DNA of 64,000 bases, from sequence record SRR31156797_10354. One strand, 5' to 3'. The position numbers were made by a program, and so were the translations under genes. Numbering within the stretch: position 1 is the stretch's first letter; each line of letters starts with the position of its first letter. Under the pieces are notes generated by a model, which saw nothing but the letters and a program-made list of their open reading frames with translations, was not told the DNA's origin and searched no databases. Below, one piece after another: positions 9,488-20,399 of this stretch.

Positions 9488-10435
9488 TTACACCACCCAT
9501 GCATAAATTGAAACGACGATTGCGACTAAACCAACCAGAGAAGCGATAAAACGCCCCGAAAAGTACCGCTTCATCATCAACAGGTTTTTAATATCTACCA
9601 TTGGACCAAAAACCAGGAAACCGACGACTGGTCCAGTGCCGAATAAACTCAACAACGAAGAGCCGATAAAGGCATCTGCTTCGGAACATAGGGATAATGT
9701 CAGTGCCAACAGCAGCATGACGAAAACCGCTAACAGCTTCGTGGAGCCTAATGTCAGCATCAAGCCAGTTGGCAGATAGGTCTGCATCGCTGAGGCGATC
9801 AACGCACCAATGATCAAATAACGCCCAGTATCGAAAAACTCATCCAAACTATGCTGTAGCAAATGACGAATCTGCCGAAGAAGCGGATGACTGGTCTTTT
9901 CTGTTTGATGGTGGGCGTGATCATGCCCATGATGGTGTGGGTGAGCTACTTGCTCATTCCCGCCACTTAATTGATTGGCAAGCCGTGTTTTTAAGACCTC
10001 TTGTTTGTTAAAATACGCCAGCCAGATCCCCACGACCATTGCGACCAATAAGCTGCCCAGTACACGCAAAAAGGCGAACTTCGCGGAATTTCCAAAGGCA
10101 ATGAATGTCGAAAAAATCACGATAGGATTGATGATCGGTGCAGTCAGCATAAAGGCAAACGCCGTATACACTGGCACTTCTTTTTTTACGAACTGATTAA
10201 CGATCGGTACGATCCCACACTCGCAGGAAGGAAAAAAGACCCCCAGGCCACAACCAACAGTGATCGATGCCAATTTGTTTTTTGGTAAGAGTCTCGTGAC
10301 TCTTTCTGGCGTCAAGAAGACTTGTAAAGCACCTGATATCAAGCAGCCCAATAGGACAAAGGGCAAGGCTTCAATGACGATAGATAAAAAAATAACACTC
10401 ATTTGCAGGACAGAATTCGGTAATGCCTGAAACAT
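9488..10435 (-). CDS. YcgR/DUF318 family permease
   Basis: FPSCECGIVP, LCSEADAFI, GPMVDIK, His-rich loop; paired with YcgQ. Confidence 0.85.
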   Translation of the reverse strand: MFQALPNSVLQMSVIFLSIVIEALPFVLLGCLISGALQVFLTPERVTRLLPKNKLASITVGCGLGVFFPSCECGIVPIVNQFVKKEVPVYTAFAFMLTAPIINPIVIFSTFIAFGNSAKFAFLRVLGSLLVAMVVGIWLAYFNKQEVLKTRLANQLSGGNEQVAHPHHHGHDHAHHQTEKTSHPLLRQIRHLLQHSLDEFFDTGRYLIIGALIASAMQTYLPTGLMLTLGSTKLLAVFVMLLLALTLSLCSEADAFIGSSLLSLFGTGPVVGFLVFGPMVDIKNLLMMKRYFSGRFIASLVGLVAIVVSIYAWVV

Positions 10436-10655
10436 AACTTTAACCTTCTTTATCAATAAATTCGAAACGCTGGAATTACTATACGTTTTTTCCTTTTTTT
10501 ATACAACGTTTTTTTTAAAGCAGTCTGTTTTTTTAATCGTTGCTTTAGATTTTCCTTATCTTTAAATCCTTCTTGTTCACCTAAATGATCAGCAACTATC
10601 AGATATTTTGACTTTTCCTCAAGAACAGCGTACATTTTCCATGGAGGAATGACTT

Positions 10656-11018
10656 ATGCAAAAAAATCAACCGATCCAAGAGAGGCTCGCCCAACATCCG
10701 TTGGCACTACTCTATCTCTCTCAACCAAATTGCAGTATTTGTGTTGCGGACAAACCACGCATCCAAACACTGGCACAAACCCAACAACTCCCACTATTTA
10801 CCATCAACACGCTGACAGAGCCAGAAGCAGCCAGTTTATTTTCGGTCTTGACGGTTCCCGTCGTCCTCTTGTTCGCAAATGGGAAAGAAGTGCATCGCGA
10901 AGCCCGCATCATCGATTTCACACGTTTGACTCAACAAATCTTGCGGTATCAAGAAGCACTCACAAGCGTTGAAGAGCAAGATTCTTACGAATCACTTTTT
11001 GACCAGTTAGACGAGTAA
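10656..11018 (+). CDS. Thioredoxin family protein
   Basis: CSIC active site, cis-Pro TVP, GKEVHREAR; GGAGG RBS. Confidence 0.8.
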   Translation: MQKNQPIQERLAQHPLALLYLSQPNCSICVADKPRIQTLAQTQQLPLFTINTLTEPEAASLFSVLTVPVVLLFANGKEVHREARIIDFTRLTQQILRYQEALTSVEEQDSYESLFDQLDE

Positions 11019-11035
11019 GTTCAGTGAATGAAAGC

Positions 11036-11085
11036 AAAAAACAGCTGTCAGATCCTTGTATATACTACGATCTGGCAGCTGTTTT
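11036..11085. terminator. Bidirectional terminator between the thioredoxin gene and rex
   Basis: AAAACAGCTGTCAGATC...GATCTGGCAGCTGTTTT. Confidence 0.8.
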
Positions 11086-11110
11086 GCTGGTTCCTATTTA
11101 TGTGATGCGA

Positions 11111-11785
11111 TTATTCGCTTAGTGATGGTTCTTCTACTGGTTCTTCATGGGACAAGACGTTGCCTGAATGCAAGAAATAAATCAATGTTTGCAATTCATT
11201 GGTTAAGTCAACGTTTTGAATCAGCACGCCTTTTGGTGCAGTGATCCGTGCAGGTGTAAAGTTCAAGATTCCTTTAATGCCAGCTTTCACAAGCTCGTTC
11301 ACTAAATCTTGTGAATGTTGTGCGGGAACCGTCAAAATAGCCACATCGATCTGCTGGATCTTCACTTGTTCCTTCATGTCATCCATTGGATAGACCGGCA
11401 CACCATCTACGATTCGACCAACTAGATCTTCATTGACATCAAATGCAGCACTGATCCGAATGCTGTTGCTTTGGTGAAATTTGTATTTCAACAAGGCGCT
11501 CCCCAAGTTTCCGACACCGACTAAAGCTACATTCGTCATGTGGTCTTCGTTCAATGTCTTCGCAAAGAACTGCATCAAGCTTTCAACGTCATAGCCATAG
11601 CCGCGTTTTCCTAATTCACCAAAGTAGGAAAAGTCGCGGCGGATCGTCGCACTATCAACTTGAACAGCTTCACTTAGTTCGGTCGAAGAAACTTTTAATT
11701 TGCCAGCTTGGTGCAAAATACGCAAGTAACGATAATATAAAGGCAATCGCTTCGCTGTTGCCTTTGGAATTTGATGATCTTTCAA
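11111..11785 (-). CDS. rex: Redox-sensing transcriptional repressor Rex
   Basis: [41 protein letters not shown] start after GGGGGAG. Confidence 0.95.
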   Translation of the reverse strand: MKDHQIPKATAKRLPLYYRYLRILHQAGKLKVSSTELSEAVQVDSATIRRDFSYFGELGKRGYGYDVESLMQFFAKTLNEDHMTNVALVGVGNLGSALLKYKFHQSNSIRISAAFDVNEDLVGRIVDGVPVYPMDDMKEQVKIQQIDVAILTVPAQHSQDLVNELVKAGIKGILNFTPARITAPKGVLIQNVDLTNELQTLIYFLHSGNVLSHEEPVEEPSLSE

Positions 11786-12002
11786 AGAATACTCCCCCAT
11801 TGTGAAAAATTCACTTGTGATGAAGCTATCATAACAAATACATTGTTCAAAAATCAATTTGAATGCTCATAATTTGAAATATAAATTTTATAATGGTAAA
11901 ATCAAACTTTTTCCCAATCGCCGTTTCCCCTAAAATATGATAGACTTGTAGTATTGTAACCTTGATACAGACAAGTTTCTTAAAGATAGGAATGACATAC
12001 AC

Positions 12003-13934
12003 ATGATTTTATTACAAGCCAACCAAATCGCCCGTCTTTTCGGAGCCGAGGTTTTATTTGAAAATATCCAATTAGAGATTGCCAGCAATTCCCGAATCGC
12101 GCTTGTTGGGCGCAACGGTGCTGGTAAATCAACGCTGCTGAAAATTATTGCTGGACTCGAAAGTCCTGATAAAGGAACGATCGCTAAAAACAAGACCGCT
12201 ACGATGGGCTACTTAGCTCAAGATACCGGACTTGCTAGTCAGGCCACCGTTTGGGAAGAAATGCTAGGAGCTTTTGCAACGGTTCGACAGATGGAGCAGC
12301 GCATGCGTACCTTAGAGATCGCCATCTCCGAAGCAGATCCTGCTGCTGACTCTGGCAATCTTCTGAAAGAATACGATCAATTGCAACATGAATTTGCAGA
12401 AAAAAACGGCTATGGCTATGAAAATGAAATTCGCTCCGTCTTGCACGGTTTTCAGTTTGATCCTTCTTTTTACACACAGCCGATCGATACCCTTTCCGGT
12501 GGTCAAAAAACCCGCTTGGCATTAGCAAAAATGCTGCTGCAAAAACCTGATATCTTGATCCTCGATGAGCCGACCAACCATTTAGACATCGAAACGTTAT
12601 CTTGGTTGGAAAACTATCTACAAGGATATGCCGGTGCGTTGCTGATCGTTTCCCATGACCGTTACTTCTTAGACAAAGTTGTCAACGAAGTCTACGAACT
12701 GAGTCGGCAAAAAATGCGCCACTACAAAGGCAATTACAGCCGCTATTTGACCTTGAAAGCTGAACAGCTGCAAAGCGAATGGAAAGCCTTTGAAAAGCAG
12801 CAAGAAGAAATCAATAAACTGGAAGACTTTGTTGCCCGCAACCTTGTCCGTGCCTCTACCACCAAACGCGCGCAAAGTCGCCGTAAGCAATTAGAGAAAA
12901 TGGACCGGTTGGATCGCCCGCAAGGAGATGAAAAATCCGCCCACTTCCTTTTTTCCATTGAAAAACCTTCAGGAAATGTTGTGATGCAAGTAGAAAATGC
13001 CGCTATCGGTTATTCTGAAGAAGAAGTTTTATCGGCGCCCATCGACTTAGATGTTCGTCGCAAAGATGCGATCGCTTTAGTGGGGCCGAATGGGATCGGC
13101 AAGTCAACCTTACTGAAATCGCTGATTCATAAAATCCCCTTTATTCAAGGAAAGGTGCATTTTGGCGCCAATGTTTCAATCGGGTACTATGACCAAACTC
13201 AATCCGATCTGCACTCAACAAAAACGATCCTCCATGAGCTTTGGGATGACCACAGTACCACACCTGAAGTCGAGATTCGCAATATATTAGGCAGCTTCTT
13301 ATTTTCGGGAGAAGATGTTGAAAAGCCGATCACGCTGTTAAGCGGTGGCGAAAAAGCCCGTGTCGCTTTGGCAAAATTAGCCATGGACCATGACAATTTC
13401 TTGATTTTGGATGAGCCAACCAACCATTTAGACATCGACAGCAAAGAAGTCTTAGAAAATGCCCTGATCGATTATGAAGGCACGTTGTTCTTCGTATCTC
13501 ATGACCGCTACTTTATCAATCGAATCGCCACCAAGGTCGTGGAACTGTCTGAAAACGGCAGCAAGCTCTATCTAGGCGATTACGATTATTATTTAGAAAA
13601 GAAACAAGAAGAAGCTGAGATCGCAGCAATGTTGGAAGCAAAAACAACCGAAACCACCATCTCAGCGGGCAAGCAAAACTTTGTCCAAAGCAAAGAACAG
13701 CAAAAAGCCGTTAGAACCTTACAGCGAAAAGTCGCCCAAATCGAAGAAGAGCTTGCCACGATAGAAGAAACGATCCAGCAACTGGAACAAGACATGACCG
13801 CACCAGAAGCGTTGAATGATCATGTAAAATTGACCGCGTTGAATCAAGCGTTAGAACAAGCCCGCACTGAACAAGAAGCCCTATTAGAAGCATGGGAACA
13901 TACTAGCTTAGAACTAGAGGCATTTGAAAGTTGA
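12003..13934 (+). CDS. ABC-F ATPase (YdiF-like)
   Basis: Two ABC cassettes (GRNGAGKS, GPNGIGKS, LDEPTNHLD twice), no TM segments, C-terminal coiled coil; divergent from rex. Confidence 0.93.
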   Translation: MILLQANQIARLFGAEVLFENIQLEIASNSRIALVGRNGAGKSTLLKIIAGLESPDKGTIAKNKTATMGYLAQDTGLASQATVWEEMLGAFATVRQMEQRMRTLEIAISEADPAADSGNLLKEYDQLQHEFAEKNGYGYENEIRSVLHGFQFDPSFYTQPIDTLSGGQKTRLALAKMLLQKPDILILDEPTNHLDIETLSWLENYLQGYAGALLIVSHDRYFLDKVVNEVYELSRQKMRHYKGNYSRYLTLKAEQLQSEWKAFEKQQEEINKLEDFVARNLVRASTTKRAQSRRKQLEKMDRLDRPQGDEKSAHFLFSIEKPSGNVVMQVENAAIGYSEEEVLSAPIDLDVRRKDAIALVGPNGIGKSTLLKSLIHKIPFIQGKVHFGANVSIGYYDQTQSDLHSTKTILHELWDDHSTTPEVEIRNILGSFLFSGEDVEKPITLLSGGEKARVALAKLAMDHDNFLILDEPTNHLDIDSKEVLENALIDYEGTLFFVSHDRYFINRIATKVVELSENGSKLYLGDYDYYLEKKQEEAEIAAMLEAKTTETTISAGKQNFVQSKEQQKAVRTLQRKVAQIEEELATIEETIQQLEQDMTAPEALNDHVKLTALNQALEQARTEQEALLEAWEHTSLELEAFES

Positions 13935-14034
13935 TCGTGGAATCGGTCTGTAGGCCGATGACAAGCTCCCCCTCCTTTGTTTTACTTAAAAGAACAGGAT
14001 GAATACGTACGATTCGTAAAACAAGGAGGGAAAA

Positions 14035-14757
14035 ATGCAAAAACAGACAGATGTTTATCGAAAGCGTCGGCCAATGATTGTTTTAGCAGGATTGGTGTTG
14101 ATTTGGATAGGGTTCAATCGAATCTCTCATCACGTGTTGTACGGAGAGTTGTCCGAACACGTGCACACCGTCGTTGCCTATGATGAGAGTTATGACGACG
14201 AATATATTTACTCTCAAGCTATTTTTAGTGAAGATATCAATGCTTACTTAGGGGAAATGGACATCACAACACCGATTTTCCTGCAGACGAACGAAGAATG
14301 GGCCGATAGATCCTATGGCAATGACGGCAGCCAAACCTTAGCAGAAAACGGCTGTGCGATCGCTTCTCTTGCGATGGTTCAATCCTATCTTGAAGGCTAT
14401 TACATTACGCCACCGGAAGTCCTTGATTGGGCAGGAGATCATTATTACGTTGACGGCCAAGGAACGGACTGGCGGATTTTTTCTGACTTTGCCGATGCAA
14501 ACGGCTACAACTATTATGATCTTAGTACTGACCTAGCTAGCGTTGAAGCCTACTTGCAACAAAATCATCCCGTCATCGTTTCTATGACCCCAGGGGAATT
14601 TACAGATGGCGGCCATATCATGGTCTTAGGTGGAATGATGGGCGATCAAGTGTTTGTCTTAGATCCCAATGATGATCCGGAAAAATCCCACTACGCTACT
14701 TACTACACACTAGATGAAATCGCTGATCAAAGCTTACGCTTTTGGACCTTCAGCTGA
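14035..14757 (+). CDS. C39-like cysteine peptidase with N-terminal membrane anchor
   Basis: GCAIASLAMV (Cys), GHIMVL (His), VLDPN (Asp). Confidence 0.8.
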   Translation: MQKQTDVYRKRRPMIVLAGLVLIWIGFNRISHHVLYGELSEHVHTVVAYDESYDDEYIYSQAIFSEDINAYLGEMDITTPIFLQTNEEWADRSYGNDGSQTLAENGCAIASLAMVQSYLEGYYITPPEVLDWAGDHYYVDGQGTDWRIFSDFADANGYNYYDLSTDLASVEAYLQQNHPVIVSMTPGEFTDGGHIMVLGGMMGDQVFVLDPNDDPEKSHYATYYTLDEIADQSLRFWTFS

Positions 14758-14764
14758 TTGTTCG

Positions 14765-14791
14765 AAAAAAGTCCCATTGTGGGGCTTTTTT
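14765..14791 (+). terminator. Intrinsic terminator
   Basis: AAAAAAGTCCCA-ttg-TGGGGCTTTTTT. Confidence 0.8.
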
Positions 14792-14905
14792 CTTTGTCGT
14801 CCCGAAAGCAGCAACTGGATCTTACTTTTTTAATAAAAAAACCCTTTTTTCTCCCCTTGGGAATCCGCTTTCTATTATAATGGAAGAAAGAAAGGTGTGA
14901 AGTCT

Positions 14906-16012
14906 ATGAAAATCGGTATCCCCAAAGAAATCAAGAACAATGAAAATCGTGTGGCATTGCCGCCCTCCGGAGTCTATGAGTTAGTCCAAGACGGACACGA
15001 AGTCTTCGTTGAACAAGGCGCTGGTGCAGGATCAACCTTTTCTGATCAAGCGTATCAGGAAGTCGGCGCTACGATTGCTACCGTTGAAGAGGTTTGGGCC
15101 TCTGAATTGGTTATGAAAGTCAAAGAACCTTTACCAGAAGAATACCCCTTTTTGCATGAGGGACTGGTTTTATTCACCTATTTCCACGTAGCCGCCAATC
15201 AACAGCTTGCTCAAGCGTTGATCGACAGCAAAGTGATCGCTGTTGCTTATGAGAACGTCCAGCTGGCGAACGGCACCCTGCCTTTACTGTCTCCCATGAG
15301 TGAGATCGCTGGAAGAATGTCTGTTCAAATTGGCGCGCAATTTCTCGAAAAAATTTATGGCGGAAAAGGGATCCTGCTTTCGGGTGTTCCCGGCGTCCGT
15401 CAAGGTCGGGTAACGATCATTGGTGGTGGCGTTGCCGGCGAGAATGCCGCGAGAGTCGCCGTAGGTCTAGGCGCACAAGTGACAATTTTAGACGTTTCAA
15501 TCCCACGCTTACAAGAGCTGGATCGACAATTTTCTGGTCAAGTCCAAACTTTGTATTCCAATCGTTTGAATATCGAGCGAACGATCCAATCCGCAGACTT
15601 GGTGGTAGGAGCCGTTTTATTGCCAGGACAAAAAGCCCCGTGCTTAGTGACCCGCGACATGGTGAAACAGATGCCTGAAAAATCCGTGATCGTCGATATT
15701 GCCATTGACCAAGGCGGAATTTTCGAGACCGAAGACAAAGTCACCACCCACGACGAGCCAACCTATATCCGGGAAGAAGTCATTCACTATGCAGTGGCGA
15801 ATATGCCGGGTGCTGTGCCGCAAACGGCAACCATCGCATTGAGCATTGCCACATTACCGTATGCCCAGCAGCTAGCGAAAGACCCTTTAGCAGCGTTGCG
15901 AGAAAACGAGGCCCTTGCCAAAGGGGTCATCGCCTATGAGGGCGCATTTACTTCAAAAGAAGCCGCTCATGATCTGTCATTGCCTTTTACCGATCTATCG
16001 GAGTTGATTTGA
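14906..16012 (+). CDS. ald: Alanine dehydrogenase
   Basis: [46 protein letters not shown]. Confidence 0.95.
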   Translation: MKIGIPKEIKNNENRVALPPSGVYELVQDGHEVFVEQGAGAGSTFSDQAYQEVGATIATVEEVWASELVMKVKEPLPEEYPFLHEGLVLFTYFHVAANQQLAQALIDSKVIAVAYENVQLANGTLPLLSPMSEIAGRMSVQIGAQFLEKIYGGKGILLSGVPGVRQGRVTIIGGGVAGENAARVAVGLGAQVTILDVSIPRLQELDRQFSGQVQTLYSNRLNIERTIQSADLVVGAVLLPGQKAPCLVTRDMVKQMPEKSVIVDIAIDQGGIFETEDKVTTHDEPTYIREEVIHYAVANMPGAVPQTATIALSIATLPYAQQLAKDPLAALRENEALAKGVIAYEGAFTSKEAAHDLSLPFTDLSELI

Positions 16013-16029
16013 GCCACTCTCCCACAATA

Positions 16030-16068
16030 AAACCAGCAGCCGCACAAGTAATTCGCGGCTGCTGGTTT
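16030..16068 (+). terminator. Terminator after ald
   Basis: AAACCAGCAGCCGC...GCGGCTGCTGGTTT. Confidence 0.8.
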
Positions 16069-16163
16069 GCTTTCTATGAGAATTTCCTTTTTTGGGTAGC
16101 ATGGGCTTTGGAAGTATGCTATATTCATACTTAAAAAAATTCGACCTAGACAGGAGGAACACT

Positions 16164-17180
16164 GTGCTTACTCAACAACAAATCCAAGCATTTCCCAAAG
16201 TAGAACTTCATTGCCATCTCGACGGTTCCATTCGTCCAGAAACATTGATCGCCATCGCCAATCAGCAAGAGCTTCCCATCGCTCAAGACATCGAAGCTGT
16301 GAAAGCACAGATGCAAGCCCCCAAAGATTGTCATGACCTGAGGGATTATCTTCGCTGCTTTGATTTCGTTCGGCCGTATTTGCAAACACAAGAAGCTTTA
16401 GCAGCTGCTGCCTATGACGTGATGGAACAAGCCGCTCAAGATGGGGTCGCTTATATTGAGATCCGCTTTGCCCCCAGCTTATCGATGGACAAAGGACTCA
16501 CTTGCAGCCAGACCATCCAAGCCGTGATCGAAGGCATCGCACGAGCAGAAAAGCGCTACCCAATCAAAGGCAATGTTTTGGTCATTGGGATGCGTCAAGA
16601 AGACCTACCAGCTATTACGGCGATTTTTGATGAAGCGATCGCTCTTACCGATGAAAAAGTAGTCGGTATTGATCTAGCAGGTCCAGAAGAAGACGGGTAC
16701 GTCCCTGATTTAGCTGCCAGCTATCAAGTGTTCCTCAAGAACCAAAGTGTCCAGCTGACCTTACATGCAGGCGAATGCGGCTGTGTGCAAAACATTTATC
16801 AAGCCATCGAAAGCGGTGCGCAGCGGATTGGCCACGGCATCGCCTTAAAAGGAGATCACACTGCTCAAGCGTTTGTTCGAGAACAAAAGCGCTGTATCGA
16901 AGGCTGTCCTACCAGCAATGTTCATACTCGTGCGATTCCCACATACTCGGCATACCCATTAAGAGAATGGCTGGAAGCCAAGGTCCCTTTTTGTTTGAAC
17001 ACCGATAACCGAACGGTCTCAAATACGACATTGACCAATGAATACCTGCAAATGGCTCATCATTGCGACATGTCCGAATCAGAGATGCGCTTCATAAACG
17101 AAACTGCCGCTCAGCATTCCTTTGCGGAAGCTGCCGACAAAGCGGTACTCTTGAAAAAAATTCAAGAATGGCAATTCTAA
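16164..17180 (+). CDS. add: Adenosine deaminase
   Basis: PKVELHCHLDGS, HAGE, RIGHG, CPTSN, NTDN; GTG start after AGGAGG. Confidence 0.9.
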   Translation: MLTQQQIQAFPKVELHCHLDGSIRPETLIAIANQQELPIAQDIEAVKAQMQAPKDCHDLRDYLRCFDFVRPYLQTQEALAAAAYDVMEQAAQDGVAYIEIRFAPSLSMDKGLTCSQTIQAVIEGIARAEKRYPIKGNVLVIGMRQEDLPAITAIFDEAIALTDEKVVGIDLAGPEEDGYVPDLAASYQVFLKNQSVQLTLHAGECGCVQNIYQAIESGAQRIGHGIALKGDHTAQAFVREQKRCIEGCPTSNVHTRAIPTYSAYPLREWLEAKVPFCLNTDNRTVSNTTLTNEYLQMAHHCDMSESEMRFINETAAQHSFAEAADKAVLLKKIQEWQF

Positions 17181-17223
17181 TAAACATGGACGCTAGTGAT
17201 CCCCACTGGCGTCCATGTTTATT
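17179..17223. terminator. Bidirectional terminator between add and the PHP gene
   Basis: AATAAACATGGACGC...GCGTCCATGTTTATT. Confidence 0.85.
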
Positions 17224-17248
17224 TCCAAAACAATCAACTTTCTTTCCT

Positions 17249-18016
17249 TCACGCAAAGAAGAGCCGATCGATCCTTGTTAATCCTAAGGCATCGATTTCT
17301 AAAAGAGCTCTTTCGTAAATTTCTGTATTTGTGAAAGCCGCACTCTCGTGGGCATCGATCCCAATAATACAAGAGCAGCCGACTTCCTTAGCGATCTTCC
17401 AAAATTCAGGATGCGGATAGCCACCATTCGTATAGCCCGCCAAATTATACTCCAATGGCAGCTGATACTCTTTGGCTTTTTCGCATAAACGGTAAGCAAC
17501 TTCTTCGCAATGGGAATCGAAGGTTTTATAGCCCCGCATAAACACATCTGGGTGTGCCATATAAGCAAAAATTTCTGATTCGATCCCTTGTAAAGAAACA
17601 CGGAGATAATCTTTGATCGCTTTTACCGAATCCCCGGGTGTATGGTCGTAATAGTGATTGCTTTCGATTTCAGGAAAGTGATTGCCAAAAATCAAATAGT
17701 CGATCGACAGCCTTTCTTTCTCTGCAACTAGCCAAGGAATCATTGTTTCAAAATATTCACACTCTAATCCTAATTTCACATCGATTTGTCCTTGATATTT
17801 TTCCCGTAAGCTTTTCACCGATGAAACGTAATCTTCCAATTGCGCAACATCCATCCGCATGGGCGAGACATACCCATCCTCAAAGGGCCAGGGACAATGA
17901 TCAGCGAAGCCGATTTCCTTAAAGCCAGCTTGGATGGCTTTGATCACATAGTCTTCATCAGAATCCCGTGCATGTTTGCATCGAGTTGTGTGGGTATGAT
18001 AGTTTGCTTTCCACAT
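17249..18016 (-). CDS. PHP-domain phosphatase (HisJ/histidinol-phosphatase family)
   Basis: NYHTHT..CKHA, GFADH, GLECEY, AHPD, GIDAH. Confidence 0.85.
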   Translation of the reverse strand: MWKANYHTHTTRCKHARDSDEDYVIKAIQAGFKEIGFADHCPWPFEDGYVSPMRMDVAQLEDYVSSVKSLREKYQGQIDVKLGLECEYFETMIPWLVAEKERLSIDYLIFGNHFPEIESNHYYDHTPGDSVKAIKDYLRVSLQGIESEIFAYMAHPDVFMRGYKTFDSHCEEVAYRLCEKAKEYQLPLEYNLAGYTNGGYPHPEFWKIAKEVGCSCIIGIDAHESAAFTNTEIYERALLEIDALGLTRIDRLFFA

Positions 18017-18289
18017 GGTTATTCACTCCTTCTTATTACATTTAGGTTAATTTGTTTTTGTGATCGCATTTTAGGTACACTCTTCTTGAGGCGTTATCCT
18101 TCAAACCGTTCGCTATTTTACAGAATCTTTTGTAAACGGAACCATTTTTTCGAAAAAATAGTACTAGCTATCAACACCTATCACTTAGCAACTTCATCAG
18201 TCTGGATTTATTCCAGTCCATTTCATTATAGAATTGCGGCTATCCCAAGACAATCAAAAGAAAGCTGCAAGCGGTTGCTTCTTTTCCCA

Positions 18290-19273
18290 TCACTTCCATT
18301 GAGTCGTTTCTCTTGGGACAAATGAATTTTTCAAGAGGACGTGTCTTGGTGCGGTTTTGTCTCCTTGTACCTCTTGAAAAAGTAGCTGGGTCGTCCAATC
18401 CACCATCTCCTCTAAAGGTCGTGCGATGGACGAAAGCAAAGGGTTAGTACAAAGACAAACATTGGTGTTTTCATAACCAATCACTTGAATCGCTTCACCA
18501 ACCTTTTTATCCAGTGAATGAAGGGAACGTAAAGCGCAGGCTGCCAAAAAATCACTTGCCGCAAAAATGCCATCGATAGAAGGCCATTGACGAAAAAGTT
18601 GATCAAAGGAAGTTTGCGTGACATTTACAAAATCGAGTATGACCTCGTGAACATGGATCTCTGGGTATTGGTCCATCACTTGATAAAAACCAGCTGATTT
18701 TTCTTGAACGGAATGTAATGTCTTTGGTCCATTAACGAAGAGGATCTCGCGACAACGATTTTGGATTAAGATCTGTGCTGCCAACTGTCCACCTGAGGTA
18801 TTATCCGCAGAAACGGAGGATACTTCATCGCTAAGGACTCTACCCACACTCACTAGAGGTAATTTGAGAACCTTTTGCAACAATGGACCTTGCGTACAAA
18901 GATTGGTACATAAGATCAACCCATCAATATTATTTGCGAGAAACAAGTTCAAAAAATAGGCTTCTCTTTCAGGATTTCCTTGTGTGGTACCAATCATCAA
19001 ACTATAGCCTTTCTCAATCAGTTGCGACTCGATTCGGGTAATAAATTGATTATAAAAATCATTTTTCAAATCATAGATCAGCAAGCCGATCATCTTTGAG
19101 GAATTGTAATAAAAGGACCGTGCTAATTCATTTGGTACATAATCAAGTGTTTGAATTGCTTCTAGCACAATCTGCTTTGTTTCTTCATTGACATATTTTC
19201 TGTTATTGATCACTCGTGAGACGGTGGTCACAGATACATTGGCAAGTTTTGCCACGTCTTGCATGTTTGCCAT
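18290..19273 (-). CDS. LacI family transcriptional regulator
   Basis: DVAKLANVSVTTVSRVIN HTH, YVPNELAR hinge; start after AAAGGAGG. Confidence 0.93.
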   Translation of the reverse strand: MANMQDVAKLANVSVTTVSRVINNRKYVNEETKQIVLEAIQTLDYVPNELARSFYYNSSKMIGLLIYDLKNDFYNQFITRIESQLIEKGYSLMIGTTQGNPEREAYFLNLFLANNIDGLILCTNLCTQGPLLQKVLKLPLVSVGRVLSDEVSSVSADNTSGGQLAAQILIQNRCREILFVNGPKTLHSVQEKSAGFYQVMDQYPEIHVHEVILDFVNVTQTSFDQLFRQWPSIDGIFAASDFLAACALRSLHSLDKKVGEAIQVIGYENTNVCLCTNPLLSSIARPLEEMVDWTTQLLFQEVQGDKTAPRHVLLKNSFVPRETTQWK

Positions 19274-19559
19274 TGGTCCCTCCTTTCTCTCTTTTACATG
19301 TCTCGTAAATATTAAATCCTTTTCCATTTGATCTATTATCCGAATGCAACATTCCAAAACGCTTTCTTTTTATTCTATAATAGCAAACCTTACCTTACAT
19401 TTTCTATTTTTATGAAAATAAAAAAGCTGTTTAGATGAAATCTCACCATAAACAACTTTTCTATGCTAGATAAAAGTTTGCATTAATGTCAGCGTCTTTG
19501 AAGAAAACAAGAAAATCACTCCCGTGTTCTCTTAAACAATCATTTACACAAGCACCCAG

Positions 19560-20399
19560 CTAATTTTTTAAATCTAAGCCTTCAATCAACGCCACCGCAC
19601 GATCGATCCCAGCGTCTTTTGTTTCTTCTAACACCACGTAACAGTATGGCTTGTGTTTGATCAGAAGCTGTAAAATTTCTGGATACCGTATTTGTCCTTC
19701 ACCTAACGGGACAGGGATCACTTCTTCTCTCGAGAGTTGAAAATCCTTTAGGTGCAAGCAGACGATTTTCTCGCCAAAAAGAGTAAACGCTTCTTCTACC
19801 AATGCAACTTGATCAGCAGCCGTTTTTGCGGTGATCAAATTCGTTGGATCGTAAATGATCCCTAGATAATCAGAAGGAACACGTTCAATCAGCTCGGCGA
19901 TGCGCTGATTCGAATACAACGGATGATTCATTCCTGCTTCGATCCCTACCATGGTTTTATGTTTTTCTCCTACTCGAACGAGTCGCTGGATCACATGGAT
20001 CAAGTCTTCAAAAACCTCATCCGAAAAATTCTCTTCGCTATATCCCAGCGCGGCAATGACTGAGCCTGTTTCTGAAGCCACCATGCTGGCACCAAAATAA
20101 CGGGCATGGAATAAGTAGCGCTCAAATTTCTGTAAGATTTTCTCTCGTTCCTCTGGTTCGGGATGAATCAAGTTACTATAACAACTTAACAAAGCGATTT
20201 GAACGCCTTGTTCTTGGAATTCATTCTTGAAGAAGGTCCCCATACCTGGACTCATTTTTTCAGGAGCACTTAGGTCTGGAAAAGACGCATTCAAGGCAAA
20301 CTGAACGTTTCTTATTTTCTTTGCTCCTACCGCTTGTGCTAGCTGCTTGGGTGTATATTCTCCTGAGAGGTCATGCCCTCGGATGGCTAAATGAATCAT
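19560..20399 (-). CDS. Sugar-phosphate isomerase/epimerase family TIM barrel (AP endonuclease 2 fold)
   Basis: VASETG, GIEAG, DPTNL, CLHLKD, VVLEE metal ligands. Confidence 0.8.
   Translation of the reverse strand: MIHLAIRGHDLSGEYTPKQLAQAVGAKKIRNVQFALNASFPDLSAPEKMSPGMGTFFKNEFQEQGVQIALLSCYSNLIHPEPEEREKILQKFERYLFHARYFGASMVASETGSVIAALGYSEENFSDEVFEDLIHVIQRLVRVGEKHKTMVGIEAGMNHPLYSNQRIAELIERVPSDYLGIIYDPTNLITAKTAADQVALVEEAFTLFGEKIVCLHLKDFQLSREEVIPVPLGEGQIRYPEILQLLIKHKPYCYVVLEETKDAGIDRAVALIEGLDLKN

Noticed and set aside
10453-10635. 60-aa Lys-rich ORF between ycgR and the thioredoxin gene
   Set aside because: Lies across an AT-rich divergent promoter region and has no recognisable family features; coding status unsupported
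11799-11837. Rex box upstream of rex (TTGTGAAAAATTCACTT)
   Set aside because: Half-site spacing is 1 bp short of TTGTGAA-N4-TTCACAA; not supportable without binding data
12003-13934. ABC-F as an antibiotic resistance gene (Lsa/OptrA type)
   Set aside because: Conserved rex-adjacent housekeeping YdiF-like context; no leader peptide or mobile element
16070-16163. Purine riboswitch upstream of add
   Set aside because: Conserved aptamer core sequences are absent and the leader is too short
17840-18325. 161-aa plus-strand ORF, and the many other short antisense or nested ORFs in the track
   Set aside because: Shadow ORFs over well-supported genes, without RBS or motifs
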